This document shows positions 16,221-29,310 of a stretch of DNA of 64,000 nt, piece after piece. Source of the stretch: Chrysomallon squamiferum (taxonomy: Eukaryota > Animalia > Mollusca); contig CM022670.1 in assembly GCA_012295275.1 (NCBI GenBank), positions 20,274,001-20,338,000 on the forward strand. The letters run 5' to 3'. Below the pieces are notes generated by a model. The model made no database searches and was not told the origin of the DNA. It saw only the letters and a program-made list of their open reading frames with translations. Every line of letters begins with the position of its first letter. The first letter of the stretch is position 1. The translations under genes were made by a program, and so were the position numbers.

Positions 16221-18825
16221 TAACTTTAGGGCATACAGGAATGTGATAATAATAAAAATAAAAATTAATTTAAAAAAAGTAAAATTATAAAAACACATGC
16301 AACTGAATTTTTGTAAGATGACAAAAATGAACTTATTATTATTTCTTTTAAAAGTGAATTAACTGAAACAAAAAGAAACATTAAAATATGTCACTTATCA
16401 CAAAACTAAAAAATATTATCTTATTTATTAAGAACGTGATCAGCATAAAGAAGCCATGTTGTACAATTAATAATTCACAAGACCCTGGTCTTTGAGTACA
16501 ATTTACTCCTTTGCTTTCTTCTTTCTTTTAAAATTTGTTTTTATTATTTATTGTTAACCTGTTTTCTATTAAGTTTCACTTGTTTCCCATAGACGACATT
16601 GTTTTATGCATGCTACAAAAGTTTTTTTGCCAGACAGTAATACTCATCAATATTTCACAGATGCACTTTGCTTTGTTGCCATTTTTATGGTCTCGCTAGC
16701 CATATGGCCTTCAAGAAATTGTTTTTGTTTGATCAGAAGTTATTTTTTAAACTATTTATTATGTGGAATGGTTATTAAGTTAAAAATGGAAGAAATGTTT
16801 TTAATAACATAGAACAAAAAGTTAATAATGTCAAATCCCCAGAGGTAGTGTTCATTTTGATTTAATTTTATCTCTTTTTTGTGTTAAATAATGTAAATAT
16901 TCATTTCATATTTTTTTGTTTGTTTGTTTTAAATTTATTTATTATTTTGTATTTATATATCATCCATCTTTCTTTCTATTTGTGAATGTATTCATAGAAG
17001 GTCATTGACATTAACTAACGTAAAAGCATTTAATTTCCTGTGAGTTTCAAGGTCACCAAACATTCATGCATGATCAGACAGACACCTTGTAAAATGATGC
17101 TGTATATTAAATAATTAATTTTTGATTTACATAAATGTTTATCACTGACTGTTGTTGTTTCCCTATAAACAGCCACTAATTATTATTTTCTTCCAAACTG
17201 TGACTAATCTGTTACAGTACATTTACCTTGTTACATATGTTGTCACAAAGCATTCAGTCAAAATACATTTTGTCCATGCATCCTTGTAAAATATTAAACT
17301 CACTTCAGAGAAAAATAACATCCAGAGTCTAATTGGTGTGAAGCAAAATTACATCAAGCAGAATGCATTCCTAATTGTAAAGATAATCTACCTTGACTGG
17401 TATAAAAATAAACTAAAACAAAAACTTGGTATATAAAGAGGTTCATGAGTTTGTGATAACAAATATGATGAGAATAATTTTCAAATAACAGGGATGTGTG
17501 GGAAGTAGGAGGTAATAGTCTTGTTATCGGTTTATGAAAACAAAATTGGTGTGAAAGTTTCTTCTGAACTGAGTAATGAAGATGCCGTGTTTTAACATAT
17601 GTAACAATATTTTCTTAACTGGTTTTTATGTTAATGATGTTAGGTTGAATATTTAATATGTGTAGGTTATTAGTATGGCAAATATTAGTTGAAAATATAA
17701 ATTACATTCTTCTTCTTTTTATTATCATTTATTTATTATTTACTATTTTAATTATTTATTATTTTAGTTTTGCTATTATTATTACTATTATTTATTTATT
17801 CATTCATTTTTTTATTTTTTTATTTGTTACTTTTTTAAATTATTACGTAAAATGTGGGGTTTTTTACTGGGTTTTTTTATTCATTTTTTTTTCAAATTTG
17901 ATTTTAACTGTCAGATTTGGGTTTACAGTTTAATTAAGATTCGATTATTTTTGTTAATAACAAGCTACCAATCAATGCTACCCACCTGTGTTTTATTTAT
18001 TTATTTTTCTGTCTTTTTTATATTATTTAATTTTTTTTCTAATAATAACATTCTGCCACTTTGTTGATTTTTATTATATAAGCTTGCTTTTATTATTCTT
18101 CCTAGACTTGTAATTTGATTTTGTTTTCTATTTTGTTTTTGTTTTTTTTAATTTTTTAATTTTTTTCTTTTTTAATTATAGAATAACATCTCATAGATTA
18201 TCTGTTGGTATTTGAAAAATAAATTATTTATGAAGTTGATCTGATTATTTTTTTCAAAATTATCATTAACATTTAATCAAAAGTAATTATGTTTAGAAAT
18301 TTTAAATTCATGTCATAAAAATTACAGAGACAGTAGCTGCATTTTAAAAAATAAATGTGGACATCAAAAAAGACCATCTGCAGAACACTGACCTTTTCAA
18401 GTTTTATTTTAATTATTTATTTTTAAAATCAAAACATTTTATTTTTGGTCTTTTAAGTTTTTAATTTTTAAAAACATTTTTTTTTTTTTTTTTTAGAAGA
18501 TTCATCTTTTTTAAACAATTAATTGAATACAGTTTCCTCGTTTGCCATCTGTCAGTATTTGTTAATGTTTTCAACAAAATGGTGTCAAATTACTTTAAAT
18601 ATCTTCAGCTTGGGAAAATATTGAGATAATCCAAACACTCCTGTCTTTCATCTTTTCATTTTTTTTTTAAATTTTAGATCTGTTTTATTTTACTTTATTT
18701 TATAAAAATTTACTTTAAATTTAAATAATAAAAGTAACTTTTGGAAAGTATGATTTCACATGGTGCACATTTGTAAAATTATATATATTTATTTGAAGAT
18801 AAACTAGGTTTATGTAACTCACCCA

Positions 18826-18868
<43 letters not shown>

Positions 18869-21800
18869 TTTTTTTTTTAAATTTACAGTTCTTTAACTCA
18901 GTTAATTAAAACATAAATAAGAGAAGAAAAGTAAATTAAATAATATAATTATTTCCTCGTTATGCTTTAAAAAACATAACTTCTATGGGTAACATAAGGT
19001 GACCAATTAATGTTTTGATATATGTACAAATGTTTTTTTTAAAAACCTAAATATGTCACGTTCAATTTGATATTGTATACATCATTAGAATAAATGGTTC
19101 TTTTCCACCATTATTTATAACTCAAAGTGATTTATTCTGAAGAGAATGTATTTTGTTTTCATATTAATGATAACATTAAAACAAATGCAGATATGTTATT
19201 GTTGTTTTTTAAAGTTGCTAATATTTATTGTTGAATATAGTAATTTTAAATAAATATTCAAAAAAAAACAACAACACATTTTATTAGAATTTAATGTGTT
19301 ACTAAAGTCATTAATGTTAAGTAGAGAAAACATGTTTAAGAATTTCTTAACTGCACTGAAGGTAAGGTTGTTATTGAGGAAAGAATATTTACATCACACT
19401 CCTAGAAAATGGTATTTTTTATTATTATATTTTTTTCTATTTAGATATTTACAAAGTATAAATTTTAAAAATATAAAAATATAAATGAATCATGATGAAT
19501 CATAATGATTTTTATATAATGAAATTGACTGAGGGTGTGCAGTTGTGTGTGTGTGTGTGTATGTTGTGTGCGTGAGTGCAGTAATAGTATTTTTAAATGT
19601 TTTCACACTGACAAACATTAAAGAAAACTTTGAAAACAAACAAGAAAAAATACTGATAAAAATGATTGTAGAACACTCAAAATTTTAAAAATTCATAATA
19701 AATGTGATACATGCAGTTATATTTGATATTAATTTCTTGTGTCATTCAAAACAGCCTGATTTAATAGTTTTGAAAAAAAAAAAAAAAAACAGTATTGACA
19801 ACAATCATAAAAAAAAAAAAAACAAGGCAAGGAAGAAAACATTAATATGAAAAAAACCCAGAGAAAACATTTGTCAACATAATCAATTACAGATAAAGGT
19901 TTTCACTTGGTTAATCCCCTGGCACGATGAACTCAAAGCAAATTCAAACAAGAGTTGTGTGTTTGTGAATAACTCTGGTGACTCTGACCCACAATCTAAT
20001 TGTACTGATGGAAGCTGGGGCTGGGCTCACTGGGTTTTCCACTCTCCCGACATTTTGCGCTGTTGCTGAGTCTGTTTGCATAGGAGCGCCAGCGTGGCGG
20101 CGTTGCGCCTGACAGACCATCGCGATCACTTATTAAGCAATGTGTGTAAATATTCCTTCATAAAGAGATTATTTCAGACCCCGGCAGTTTTCTTATAATG
20201 AGATTTTCATGAGCATATGATTTACCCAGCGACTTATCACAGTTGTTTGTTCTTGTTCAAGGGTTCCGCTGACAAAGTATGAAAAGTTTGAAGAATGGGT
20301 AGGGGGACTGATTGCAGACATGTTGGGGGGGAAGTTAGGTTGGAGTGTTGAAGTTTCTGTAAAAGAATTTGGCACACAGTTGTTCGTATGTACTTGGCAG
20401 AGTTGATTGTTTTGTTGACAAAATTGTTTACACCTAGTAAATTATATTTGTCACTTTCTGTTGTTACCTACTGATTCCTAATAAACTGTTGTAAAGCCTA
20501 GAGATAAATGCTGAAAAATGCTTAAGTTTCTTCTGGTTTTTTAAATTTAAAATTAAATGTGCTGAAAGTGTGTGTGTGTGGTTGTGTGCATGTGCAACTA
20601 TATATATATTTGTATATCTTAACATCACATTCAATAATATTATTGTTGTCTTTATATTTTTATGTTTAACAAAATCCATTAATCTTTCTTTTTTTTTTTT
20701 TTTTTTAATTCTTTCTTTGCCCTACTTTTCCCTCACCACTAATTCTCTCTTTTCTTCTTTATATTAACAGTTCTCCATTTTGAATAATACATTCAGTACT
20801 GATCACAATAAGTCATTCATCACACAAAGTCACTACACACTTTAAAGATGTCGCTGCACTACAAGTACAGGGCATCACACAACCAGTCATTGTTAACATA
20901 AGCACACTTTATGAATTATTTAACACTCATAATAATAATAAAAAAAAAAGCTGCACTGGGTATGCAGGTAAGAAGAGGACTGCTGATCACTTACAACTGG
21001 TTATAAAGCCCACTCCCACAGCAAGACCTCACCTGTAGTATGTGATATTCACTTATGGTATAAACCCACACACACAAACAAATATTTATTGCTTCATTTA
21101 GAGATACATAATGAATGTTTTGGCAGAATAAAACTGAAATGAAAATATGAGAAGTGGATAAAGATTTCATCATTAGATTTGTGAAAAGATTTGTCTGTCT
21201 GGTTCATGTTTCCATTCAGGAATAAAGCCAGAACATGTAGGTGTAAAGTTTACACTCTGACCTAACACTTTTTCTTTTTCTTTTTTATTGTTGAAAAATG
21301 CACCACTAATGTATATGTTAAGGATTGCCATCAAATTGTTATTGTAATATTTATTAGAGTGTTAGGAGAAAAGCCTATATTTATTTTTCTTTTATTAATA
21401 AATGATACAAAACTAAAACAAAATATCAAAATATCTAATTCTAGACCATCGTTCTCAGTTACATTTTTAATTTTTATTTAATTTGTTTTCTTTTTCTTTT
21501 TCTTTTTTTCTTTCTTAAGTTTTACAAATAATTGTAATATCACAAAAAAAAAAAAAAATAATAATAATAATAATAACAACAATTATTATTATTATTATTA
21601 TTATTATTAAAAAACAGTCCAAAAGATTTTTTTGGTTTTAAATATTTGCCATGTTAGAAATATATAATTTCCACATTAGAGATATTTTAATAAATGAAAA
21701 AAATAATCTTTACATTTGTATTTATAAAGATCTTAAATACATTACAAATAAATCTGTGATATTTTCAGTGTTAGAGTTATTTATAAATCTGCTATATATA

Positions 21801-23640
21801 GATGTCACTGATGGGTCATCGTGGCCAGACTGTGACACCCTGGCAAATATTTAACGTAGGTGTTAAGATATTTACCAGTGACTATATCACTCAGCAGGAG
21901 GTATTGTTAGAATTTGTCTTGTACACTAGCTGGAAATAAAGGAAGGCAGAGCTCTTCAGTTGTTGTGAATCTGTGGCTGGGATTTGTATTCAAGCAGTCA
22001 CTTGAGATTTATAGTCTCCATAATAGACTCAAGTTCAGAAGTTTTTGTTTTTGTTTTTGTAACATGCATGTTCACATTCATGCATTTGTATCAATATATG
22101 TATAACTGCACGTGCAATTCGTACACTGACAAAGAATCCAGATATATCTGCAGGAAAGCAATGCTAAATGATATATGATACATTTTTGACTATTTCCATT
22201 GATATTTTATTGCTGCTCTTTAAGTTTGTACATCAACCGTCTTTGAAAATTATTTTACCTGTCACCAACACTCACATTATTTTAAACATATTGATTTTCT
22301 AATACAAGTTTTGATTGTTAAAATACCTGGATATATAAATGACATACATAAATGAATTAATCATGTTAATAAACAAAAAAAACATAAATTAAAGTTTAAA
22401 TAAAATATAATAAGTATCCATTTTTTGATAAATGGAAGAACACAAATTATTTGACACTTCATTTAATTTAGGTAATTAAAGCCATTATTATTTTTACTTA
22501 TTTTTTTAAATTATACATTATAATCTTTTTCATTTAGAAATAGAAATCACTGTTATTAATTATTACAGTTGCTGCTTCTACCATAAAGCCATCGTCATAA
22601 CATCTATTTTATTTATTATTTTTACTTTTATCATTATACAGTCATTATTTTTACCTCTTACTGGTAGTATTACTACTACTGCAGCTATTGCTACTACCAT
22701 TACTACTACTGTTACTGATAATACTTCAACTTTTATTGTTATTACTATTATTTTTACTATTATTATTACTGCTAGTGTTATTAATACTATTACTACTGTT
22801 ATTGCTATTACTTCTACTATTATTACTATTACTGTTACTGTTACTATTACTATACTACTACTCTAATACCTCTGGAATCATTACAGCCACATTATATTTG
22901 TTAATGTAGATTTCATTCAAATATTCATGATTCTTTGAAATTCATACTTTAGTACACAGTAAGTTAGAGAGAAAAAAAATGAATTCATAACTTTGTTTTT
23001 AAAACACTGAGTAGCTCTAAACAAAAGCTGGTACCTGCTTCTGAACTGGTGTCAAAGTATTATCTATCAAAAACATTAATAAATCAGAATGCTGTTTTTT
23101 TTTTTTTTTTTTTTTTTTTTTTTGTGTAAAAAGACTCTAATTACATAGAGGCCATTGCCAGGATTTGAACTAAGAAACTATTGTTATTAAGGCTGATGAC
23201 TAATACCACTGAGACTGGTAGTAATTGTCCCATAAGAAGCAGCATTAATAGCCTCTATAAAATAGCAGTGAGGCTTTATGCTCAATTACCAGGGATTAGG
23301 ACAAATTAAAGACATGGGCAGTGTTTTCTATGATGTTTAAATAATGGCGAGCTGGGACTGTTTTGTGGAAAAGATCAGAAAGATGTTGATTTTTTTTTTC
23401 ACTAGGATTTGCGATCGTGGGAAAATTGGAGAATGTTTTTAAGATTTAGTACCTTAATGTTAAATATGTTTTAAATTTGATCGCAGGATTTTTGTTGGAA
23501 ATTAAGATTGTTTGAACAAGAATGAAAAAGGGATATAAAAAATTAAAAAGATAAAAATATTTAAGCTTATTTTTAGTTTTGTATTAAAATATCAGAAATA
23601 AAATGGCTTTTGCTCATGTAAATTTTTGTTTTATTTTCAG

Positions 23641-23699
23641 GAATGTGATCAAGTTCATATAGATGATGTGTCATCAGATGACAATGGACAAGATTTAAG
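23641..23699 (+). CDS. eya: eya coding exon, 59 nt: ECDQVHIDDVSSDDNGQDL(S)
   Basis: ttattttcAG acceptor and GTaata donor. Conserved EYA motif ECDQVHIDDVSSDDNGQDL, in frame with the previous exon. Not in the ORF track (too short). Confidence 0.97.
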
Positions 23700-25467
23700 G
23701 TAATATTTTATTTTTAAAACTTTATTTATTTTTAATATTTTTATTTATTTTTTTTCTTTTTTTTTAAAAAGAAAGCATTCCATCTTACAAAAATTATTTT
23801 GTAGTTTTATTATTTTCATTACATTTTATATTTTTATATTATTTATTTTTATTTTTTTAAATTTCTATTATTTTTGTTATTGTTTATATCTGAAATTAAA
23901 TTTTTCTGAAAAACAGACAACTTCATCATATAATTTTACCCATCTGATTCATTGCTTATCATTTCCATAGGATAATGTCATGTATGACACACCCACATTT
24001 CCCCAGACACCCCATCTCCTCCCTGCCTATCACAGCTGATTATGTTCATCTACTGGCAAACTCTTTTTTCTCTTTATCTTTCTCTCTCACACTCAATAAT
24101 ATGGGTCAGTACCTTGTCTCGGACGATGTATTTTGTGAATACCTTTAAGACGTGATGGATGCAAAAATGCAGTTTCTGGTTGCAACTAATGTTTGAATTG
24201 ATATGTACTCAATACTGCAGTGGTTTAATACTTAAGATAAGACCATGATGAATTTATCACGGGAATTTTGTGGGGGATCTTCAAAAACAGAAATAAGGTT
24301 ACCTTTTTTAATGTATGGTAACATAATTGCTTTTTTAATTGTAATATGTATATTATATTATATTGAAGTTTCTAACAATTGTATTCATTTGTACATATTG
24401 CTAAATCAGTATATCCATCCATAAAATTTTATTTACATTTTATTTGCACCCATTAGATATTTAAGTATTTTGCTTTCTAGAAATTACAAATTTATTAACC
24501 ATGTGTCCATCCATGCGTATTTAAGATATAATATATATTCACATGTATATCAATCTAACTTTAATTCATTATTTTTTCCATCCATATTTTTTTGACATTT
24601 GCATTTATTTACAATTAGATATCATCCCCACATTTTAATTTTAATTATTATTCCACCCATGTCTAATCAGATGGACAGAATGACAGAGAGATAGATGGGT
24701 ATACATGTAGTTAAATGAATGTTCTATCCATTGTAATTTTAACATGGATGGTTTCCATGTAATTGCATCCATATTCAACTATACAGTTTTATTTTCATTA
24801 TTTTTACACTCATAATTTTGGAATTTTGTTTTTATTTATATATATATTATTATTATTATTATTATTATTATTATCTATATATTTTTCTGCATTTAGAAAC
24901 TTAAATCATAGTTCTATTCTTGTATTAATTCATACATATTTTTTTTATTATTATCACACTTATATTTATATAAAATATATATATATATATATATATATAT
25001 GTGTATATGTGATATTTCTATATTTTGGGCAATTACAGTCATAGAATGGATGATTGCCATGCAGCTTATCAGTATATGCTCCCATTCTTACAGTTTTGTT
25101 ATTATCTCACTTACATGTGTATAAATATATATTTTTTTATTTCTACATTTTTACCAATTACAGTTATCCAGTAGGATCCATATACCTGTCTATTCATACA
25201 TTTTTATTTTTTATTATCATTACATTAATAACCATTATATAAATATTTATTTTTATTTGCATATTTTCAACAATTAAAATTTTAGTTTGTGTGTGTGTGT
25301 GTGTGTGTGTATGTGATATGATATTATAATAAAAAATATATATATTCAGCAATTACAATTTCTGTTCTTATGCAGTTCCATCCATATATATCCATCCATG
25401 AGTAGTTATTTATTTTATTATTATTACACTTGTGTAATATCTGTTTTATTTATTTATATATTTTCAG

Positions 25468-25628
25468 CAATTACAATTTTAGTACAGATGGTTTTCATGC
25501 GGCTGCAAACAATGCCAATCTGTGTTTGGCGACAGGTGTGAGAGGTGGAGTAGACTGGATGAGAAAATTAGCATTTAGATACAGAAGAATAAAGGAATTG
25601 TACAATAGTTACAGAAATAATGTAGGAG
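25468..25628 (+). CDS. eya: eya coding exon, 161 nt: [53 protein letters not shown]
   Basis: attttcAG acceptor and GTaaat donor, phase 2/1. Contains the hallmark [17 protein letters not shown] motif. Confidence 0.97.
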
Positions 25629-25937
25629 GTAAATGAAACAGTTACTTGTGTTCTTTGGGTTTTTTTTTTTCATTTTCCTCTTCATTATATTAATTAGTGA
25701 CAAACATATTTCATGTCGGAGATCTTTGTTATTCAAAAAACCCCAGTGATTATTGTTTTAAATCAGAATGATCATACAGACATACAGACAGACAGGCAGA
25801 CAGACATACATATATTCATACATACATATATATGTGTGCATATATATATATACACATACACACATATGCACTGATGAAACTAGACAACGTTAAATTTTTT
25901 TAAATTTATTTATTTTTTATTATTGTTGTTGTTTCAG

Positions 25938-26052
25938 GTTTGTTAGGTCCACAGAAGCGAGATCTTTGGCTGGCTTTAAGACAGGAGATTGAAACTCACA
26001 CAGACAACTGGCTCACGCTAGCACACAAATCTCTTCAAATTATTAGTTCTAG
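25938..26052 (+). CDS. eya: eya coding exon, 115 nt: (G)[37 protein letters not shown](R)
   Basis: gttgtttcAG acceptor and GTaaat donor, phase 1/2. Matches EYA1 [28 protein letters not shown]. Confidence 0.96.
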
Positions 26053-26666
26053 GTAAATTATTTTAAATAAACAGTAAAAATGTTCAAATTATTGTTTCCT
26101 GGTTAAAATAATATAATAATAATAATTATTATTATTATGATGATGATGCAGTAATATTATTATTGTTCTAGATAAATTAAATATAAAAAAGTAAAATGCA
26201 CAAATGAGTAAAAATATCTACTTCATTTCTTATTAAAAATATAATCATTATTCAATGAAAATCACATTAACGTTTATTATTTTAATAAAAATATTCTATA
26301 GATAAAACAGACATAATTCATGAATAATATATTCATTTCTAAACAAACTTAAAAGAAATGTTTGTTTATAAGAATAATATACCAATGCCAGTAGTTGTTT
26401 TATTTAAAAATCATTTCATTACAATAGAAATGATTAGATCAAAATGAAAATAGTTTGATGTTAAAAGTAATAGTCATGTATAAAATGAAAATATTTAAAG
26501 TGATAAAGTACTGATATCAACACATGATAAATATTAAAAGTTAAATAACCCCTTGTGTATGTGTATTAAAACATTCATGTAATGCATATAAATTTATATA
26601 TGTATGTTTATTCTGATATTCAGTTATGTAAATGTTTTCAAATTTTTATTTTTTATTTTTTTCCAG

Positions 26667-26788
26667 GCAAAATTGTGTAAATGTTTTAGTGACAACCACA
26701 CAGTTAGTTCCGGCACTGGCCAAGGTTTTACTATATGGACTCGGAGGTGTCTTCAACATAGACAACGTGTACAGCGCTACCAAAATAG
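26667..26788 (+). CDS. eya: eya coding exon, 122 nt: [40 protein letters not shown](G)
   Basis: ttttttccAG acceptor and GTgagt donor, phase 2/1. Contains the LVTTTQL HAD motif II region and YSATKIG. Confidence 0.97.
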
Positions 26789-28681
26789 GTGAGTTTTGCA
26801 GTTAGTAGGAATGAATATCAGCGTTTGCATGTGTGTATATATTTATACATATAAACATTGATGTTACAGTTAAATAGTTGTTCAGAACCTTAGAAGTTTT
26901 AGAGCTCCACCATCAAACCATTTTATGTTATAAAATGTTCTTCTAATTTTAAAATTCATTAAGAAATATTAATTATAAAGAAATTTATGAAAACAGATTT
27001 CCTATTCCAAAGAGACTGTTTAACTTAAACAACTGGAGGGATAATTTAAAGAAATATTTAAAATGGCCATGAATTGTCAGTCTAACTGACTTACCATCCT
27101 TGTGCTATCATCAACAGAAAGATTGCTGTTTGTTTTCCCAGTAGATGGGGGTTCTGCTAATGATAAAAACAGTGATACAGGGTTCCCAGTGAAAAGATAG
27201 GTCCAGCTAGAACTACTGGGGACTACTAGAATAAAAATATTTATATTTGATAAATGCACCATGTGAATTGTGTTTAGTCTTTTTGATGGATGTTAGGTGA
27301 AAACAAAGAAAGGGAATAAAGAGTTGTGCAGAGATTACAATGATGATAACAACTTTGTAAAAATACATACTTTCTAAACTAAGATAAACTGACCATATGG
27401 TCATGTACAGATACACATAAATAGGTTAATATAAAAAACATTAACAATTGAATAATTCATTGTTTTTAATGGCTAGATGTATTAAGTCCATGATGACTGA
27501 CCTTCCATAAGACAGAATTTAATAAATATACAAAATACACACACACACACACACACATAAAATGTTAATTAGCTATAACTGAAAACATTAATCCTGTTTG
27601 CATTTTCATTTATGTCATGGTTTATTTCTGGTTAAACTATTGCAGAATATTTTAATTGATCGGTGATAATATTAAAAATATATACCATCATACCAATTCA
27701 AAATGAAATTTATCATAATAATAATAAGAAAAAGAAGATAAAAACAAGACATATTTTTCTTAAAATTCAATAATGAGAAAAACCTTGACCCAACTTTTTA
27801 AAACTGCACTGAGAATTACATTGTGTTTCCATTTTACTTCACATTCATTGAACAGCAGTGTCACATAGTCTGTCATTGTCACTTCTCAGTAGCCACAGAT
27901 TTCCTTAATAGGATTACTGAAGTCCTCTTCATTAAAGCTTAGATCTGTTTACTAAATGCCACACTGTTAAAACTAACTCCATAATCAGAGAGTTCTGCTA
28001 GGGGTATTAATCAAAAGCTACATGCAGGCTAATTAAGAAAGAGAATTCCTCATTGCATAATTACATGTTGGAAGTCCGGTATTACAAAGCCTTGGTTGCT
28101 AAGCAACATGGACTGGGCCAATAGGTGGCACTGCCTGATGTCCCTGTGTTGAGATGGTCTACAATTAAAGAGCCATTAACTCTGATGTGACTTGCGTTAC
28201 CCTCATGTAGCTAGTCATTATAGTCACACATGACATGTCATAACTGACTGACTCTGACAGTCACCAATTAGTTTCACCCTTATGTCACAGAAAAATGTGT
28301 TGATGTTGAAGCACACTCCATTGACTTGGTGTTTTTCAAGTCAGTTCTTGGTGTACAATGTCACACTTCAGTTTTTAATCCTTAATATCTTTCTCTTTTT
28401 TTTCATTTCTACTGTAGTTATTTAATCATTGTTTATTTTCCTAAGAAAATATTCTTCTAATGGAAATTAGTTAATTGAAAAATGAAAAAAAAAAAAAGCT
28501 AGTATTTCAAGTGGGGCATTATAAGATAAAAAAATTAATTTATTAAAAAATTAAAGTCCATTAAATCATCATATATTACCTTATTATACTAATTTGTTGA
28601 ATTAAAATGAAAATAATATTATTTGGGTTGTTTGTAATCTTTCTAAACAAAACTGAAAATATTTTCTGCTTGTTTTTCCAG

Positions 28682-28782
28682 GAAAAGAAAGCTGTTTTGA
28701 AAGAATCATATCTCGATTTGGTAGGAAGTGCACTTATGTTGTCGTTGGCGATGGCAGGGATGAAGAAAGTGCAGCAAAACAG
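28682..28782 (+). CDS. eya: eya coding exon, 101 nt: [33 protein letters not shown]
   Basis: tgtttttccAG acceptor and GTtagt donor, phase 1/0. Conserved Lys (GKESCFE) and GDGxxE HAD catalytic motif are intact. Confidence 0.97.
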
Positions 28783-29054
28783 GTTAGTAATTAATCACTC
28801 TATAGGTAAAAGGATTTCACTGATCCTTTCAGATTTATATTTAATCCCTGAAGGATTATTTATTTAATCCATCAGATATGTATTAATTAAGTTATATATA
28901 TTACATGGATTTTATCTTGAAATATTGATCCTTTCTAATCCTTATACCCTCACCGTATCAGATGTAAGTGTACTGCATAATACCAGTAATTATAAATTTG
29001 TGTGTTCACCTAAATAGCCTAATTTGTCCCAAATGCTTACATACACACACATAT

Positions 29055-29089
<35 letters not shown>

Positions 29090-29229
29090 GATTTATTTCT
29101 GTTGTTATTGTCTGTATTTCAGATGATTTTTATCTGTAGTGTATCCAATTCTGGTTTTATTTTGTACATGGTATATTTTACATTGTGGTCTATCTGTCTG
29201 ATAGTTATTTTGTACTGTTGTCATTTCAG

Positions 29230-29310
29230 ATGACCTGGCCATACTGGAGAGTATCAAATCATTCCGATCTTGCAGCACTTCACCATGCTCTTGACTTGAG
29301 CTACCTTTAG
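29230..29310 (+). CDS. eya: eya terminal coding exon, 81 nt: MTWPYWRVSNHSDLAALHHALDLSYL*
   Basis: gtcatttcAG acceptor and TAG stop at 29308-29310. Matches the EYA1 C-terminus ([23 protein letters not shown]). Confidence 0.96.
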   Translation: MTWPYWRVSNHSDLAALHHALDLSYL

